Below are positions 61,130 through 64,000 of a stretch of 64,000 nucleotides of DNA, one piece after another. Position numbers and translations under genes: made by a program. The stretch is taken from the NCBI GenBank assembly GCA_003707115.1, contig PPNB01000003.1, positions 248,001-312,000 of the forward strand, written 5' to 3'. How positions within the stretch are numbered: the stretch's first letter is position 1; each line of letters begins with the position of its first letter. The stretch is from Tortispora ganteri. Taxonomy: Eukaryota. Below the pieces are notes generated by a model that saw nothing but the letters and a program-made list of their open reading frames with translations, did no database searches and was not told where the DNA came from.

Positions 61130-63064
61130 ATGGCTACATTCTTGCGATTTCATTCCTTTGTAGATGCACCGTTCTTCCATTCTCTCAGTAAACGGAAACT
61201 TGACGAATTTGGACTAGACAGTTCTGTTCAGAATATCAAGGGAACTTACAGAATCCCTGCCCACGCCGGTGGCGCTTCAATTCTTTCACTCTCTGGTGAC
61301 GCCTTCGCGCTAACTCCTTCAGCCTCCGCATTCATCGCTCCGGGCGTCCTGTACAACACTAACACTATAGAGCAGTTTAATATTTTTGATAAATCTAAAT
61401 GGATCAACTCTTTAGGCTCTGATTTGCTCTCTGCCATCAAATCTGGTGAAGCTACTGCTAATCCTTCTCTGCTTGCTTCATTCGCCGTTCTTTCATTCGC
61501 CGACTTAAAGCGATATTCATTTCACTACTGGTTTGCATTTCCTGCTATACATACAAAATGGGACGTGCTGACTCCTCCTTTGTTTACCGAGCATGATCCA
61601 CAACTTATCGCCGTAATATATCAGTACATATCGTCTACCGACCCTGAAAATCGCGCATTCTTTGCCTACAATTCAGCGAGAGAAATAATAACTCTATCTC
61701 GGCTAACAGAAGTGGCTAAAACTGATCCAAACTGGTGGAACATATGGACTGTAGCTTTTTGCGATCCAAATTTGTCTCCGGAACCAATACCGGGCTATTT
61801 GGCCCGCAACTTACTGGCATGGTGTCAAGTCACTCTCGGTGAGTTCCCTCACATATCGCTTTTATGCTTCAGAGATTTGCCTGACTCTAAAACATCCAAT
61901 AGCGTTCTTATAACATTAAAACCATCTGCTGAATTCCCGCAAAAGCTGACTGTTTCTGGCTGGGAACGCGTAAACGGTTCATTGACCCCGAAAGTGGCAC
62001 ATTTGGCCTCGCTGATGGACCCACAGCAGGTTGCCGAACAATCCGTCGACCTCAACTTAAAACTAATGCGCTGGCGCTTGATTCCTGATCTTGACCTTGA
62101 AGCTATTGGATCTAATAAGTGTCTCCTGCTTGGAGCAGGAACCCTTGGGTCATATATATCACGCGGATTGATGGCATGGGGAGTGCGCCATATCACTTTT
62201 GTTGACTCTTCCACTGTTTCTATGTCTAATCCTGTTCGTCAGCCATTATACACTTTTCAAGACAGTGTTGAGCAAACTCCTAAAGCATTGAAAGCAGCTG
62301 AAGCTTTAAAAGCAATTTTCCCTGGTGTGATCTCTGCAGGTCATAGTTTGTCTATTCCTATGATTGGACATCCACCTAGCTCTTTTAACGTTGACTCTAT
62401 TCAGAAAGACTACCAGAAACTAGTGGACCTCATTTCATCACATGACTGTATATTTTTATTAACTGATTCGCGAGAATCTCGCTGGCTTCCTACAGTAATC
62501 GGAGCTGCTTTGGGGAAGACCGTCTTTACTACAGCATTAGGGTTTGATTCATACGTTGCATTAAGACATGGTGGTAAGGTTGATACGCCCGGAAGACTTG
62601 GTTGTTACTTCTGTAACGATGTTTATGCACCGATTGACTCTACTACAGATCGAACCCTGGATCAAATGTGCACAGTCTCTAGACCTGGAGCTGCTATTTC
62701 AGCGTCGTCTCATACTGTCGAGTTATTCGCAGCTTTGATGCAACACCCTCTCAAAGTGGATGCGCCTTCAGATGGAAGTACTTCTACTTTGGGAAACTGT
62801 CCCCATCAGATTCGCGGATTTCTGCATAATTTTAGCACGATTACAGTTCACGGTCCTGCTTATGATGCTTGTTCGGCATGCAGCCCTAGCGTTGTTTCTG
62901 AATGGAAAGCGTCAGGATGGGATTTTGTAATTAGAGCATTGCAAGATCCTGGGTACGTTGAGAACTTGTGTGGATTGAGAAAGCTGCGGCAAGATGCCGA
63001 ACAATACGCAGATAGTGAATTTGATATTGAGGAAGAAGACGATGAAGAAAATTGCATTATCTAA
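61130..63064 (+). CDS. ATG7: Autophagy E1-like enzyme Atg7
   Basis: FADLKRY.F.YWFAFP, VDLNLKLMRWR, LGAGTLG, DSRESRWLP, LGCYFCND, DRTLDQMCTV, PHQIRGFL, CSACS. Confidence 0.97.
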   Translation: MATFLRFHSFVDAPFFHSLSKRKLDEFGLDSSVQNIKGTYRIPAHAGGASILSLSGDAFALTPSASAFIAPGVLYNTNTIEQFNIFDKSKWINSLGSDLLSAIKSGEATANPSLLASFAVLSFADLKRYSFHYWFAFPAIHTKWDVLTPPLFTEHDPQLIAVIYQYISSTDPENRAFFAYNSAREIITLSRLTEVAKTDPNWWNIWTVAFCDPNLSPEPIPGYLARNLLAWCQVTLGEFPHISLLCFRDLPDSKTSNSVLITLKPSAEFPQKLTVSGWERVNGSLTPKVAHLASLMDPQQVAEQSVDLNLKLMRWRLIPDLDLEAIGSNKCLLLGAGTLGSYISRGLMAWGVRHITFVDSSTVSMSNPVRQPLYTFQDSVEQTPKALKAAEALKAIFPGVISAGHSLSIPMIGHPPSSFNVDSIQKDYQKLVDLISSHDCIFLLTDSRESRWLPTVIGAALGKTVFTTALGFDSYVALRHGGKVDTPGRLGCYFCNDVYAPIDSTTDRTLDQMCTVSRPGAAISASSHTVELFAALMQHPLKVDAPSDGSTSTLGNCPHQIRGFLHNFSTITVHGPAYDACSACSPSVVSEWKASGWDFVIRALQDPGYVENLCGLRKLRQDAEQYADSEFDIEEEDDEENCII

Positions 63065-63217
63065 TCGGCTTTTATGCCCTTTTATATGCTTTGACTATTT
63101 CAGTGGCAATCATAGACTAATTATTCTTCTCTCGTTGTTGTTCTGATGGCTCTTTGGGTGAAATTTATGGGGTACCCACTTCTATTGCTAGCGAACGAGT
63201 CGGTTAAATCTCTAGAT

Positions 63218-64000
63218 CTAATCTTCTTTAGTAGAATTAGGAGCGGGAGGGGCACCTAAACCATTCGCGTTCCTGAACATTTTAACGCCCTTTGGACCTT
63301 CCACGAACTGACATCTTCTATTGACAAACCAGAGACTTTTTATCAGATTGGTTGAATCCCGGCGATAATGTTTGCCCATAACCTTCTTGATAGCTTCAGT
63401 AGCCTCTTCTGCATGATAGAAGGGGATTTTGGAGCAGTAATGGTGGGCTACATGTGTTTCAATGATCTTGTGGAAGCAAAAGTCGCCAATAAATCCAAAA
63501 TCTCTGTCAATCGTTGCAGCAGCTCCTTTAGCGAAAGTCCACTCCTCGTTGGTGTAGTGAGGAAGAGAAGGGTCAGTATGCTGAAGGTAAGTGATGCAGA
63601 CAAGCCAGTGGTTAACCCATAAATAGGGAACGAAGTAATAAATGAGGAAGTTGGATAGGCCGAACTTGTTGATTGAGAGATAAGCGATATAAGTAGCGCA
63701 AGCAATTCCGACATCAGAAAGAATGATATTGAAAACTTTGGCAGAGTCAAAGAGAGGCGACCAGGGCCAATAGTGGTTCACGAAGATCTTCGGTACATCA
63801 GGGTGAGGTTGACCAGTAACGTTCGAAATAAGATGCCAGGGCCATCCAAAGAGTTGCTGCGTAAGCAGCCAGAAGAGAGAAGCAGCCGGCGATTCTTCGG
63901 TGAGCTCAGTGATTTGGTTCACAGACATGAACTTTTCGCGGGACTTAGGGACGAACACGGTGTCTTTGTGCAAGTTACCAGTGTAGTGGTGGTGCTGAGC
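63218..64000 (-). CDS. FAD2: Delta-12/omega-type fatty acid desaturase; 5' part lies outside the window
   Basis: The frame is open to the window edge (AQHHHYTGNLHKDTVFVP, end of His box 2). QQLFGWP, VNHWLV.ITYLQHTD, ATIDRDFG, HVAHH (His box 3), IPFYHA. Confidence 0.9.
   Translation of the reverse strand, partial: AQHHHYTGNLHKDTVFVPKSREKFMSVNQITELTEESPAASLFWLLTQQLFGWPWHLISNVTGQPHPDVPKIFVNHYWPWSPLFDSAKVFNIILSDVGIACATYIAYLSINKFGLSNFLIYYFVPYLWVNHWLVCITYLQHTDPSLPHYTNEEWTFAKGAAATIDRDFGFIGDFCFHKIIETHVAHHYCSKIPFYHAEEATEAIKKVMGKHYRRDSTNLIKSLWFVNRRCQFVEGPKGVKMFRNANGLGAPPAPNSTKED

Noticed and set aside
1..64000. Transposons, LTRs, tRNA/rRNA genes, CRISPR arrays, bacterial-type operons
   Set aside because: I found no transposase, RT or integrase motifs, terminal repeats, tRNA A/B-box cloverleafs or regularly spaced repeats by eye. 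tRNAscan-SE and Rfam scans would be needed to exclude RNA genes formally.

Overview
Eukaryotic DNA from a gene-dense, nearly intron-free budding-yeast chromosome with about 39 protein-coding genes on both strands. Gene content (sphingolipid C9-methyltransferase, FAD2-type desaturase, CHORD protein, SIN-type Cdc14) and extreme compaction point to a non-Saccharomycetaceae Saccharomycotina yeast; a Wickerhamiella/Starmerella-like lineage is my inference, not a lookup. Most genes are housekeeping: FCF1, PRP31, TRM9, ALF1, MIF2, HSP78, SAS10, TSC10, PFF1, YJU3, a SUN protein, MAC1, SAM35, SAC7, REI1, PCC1, DCD1, ATG7. The most unusual part is 42.0-54.2 kb, a tandem array of four secreted phospholipase B paralogues. 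Three share an unrecognised N-terminal pro-segment and an altered DGG motif, and two share a conserved 3' flank. After DCD1 come a 473-aa orphan ORF, an atypical SSADH-like dehydrogenase and a dienelactone hydrolase. Other observations: a TGL3-like patatin lacking the catalytic serine, introns missed by the ORF track (TGL3, SUN 5' UTR, possibly the G-patch gene), a 28-bp head-to-head PRP31/TRM9 junction, and copper and iron response motifs upstream of a ferric reductase near MAC1. I could not support any tRNA, rRNA, CRISPR array or transposon. All calls come from motif recognition; no searches were run.
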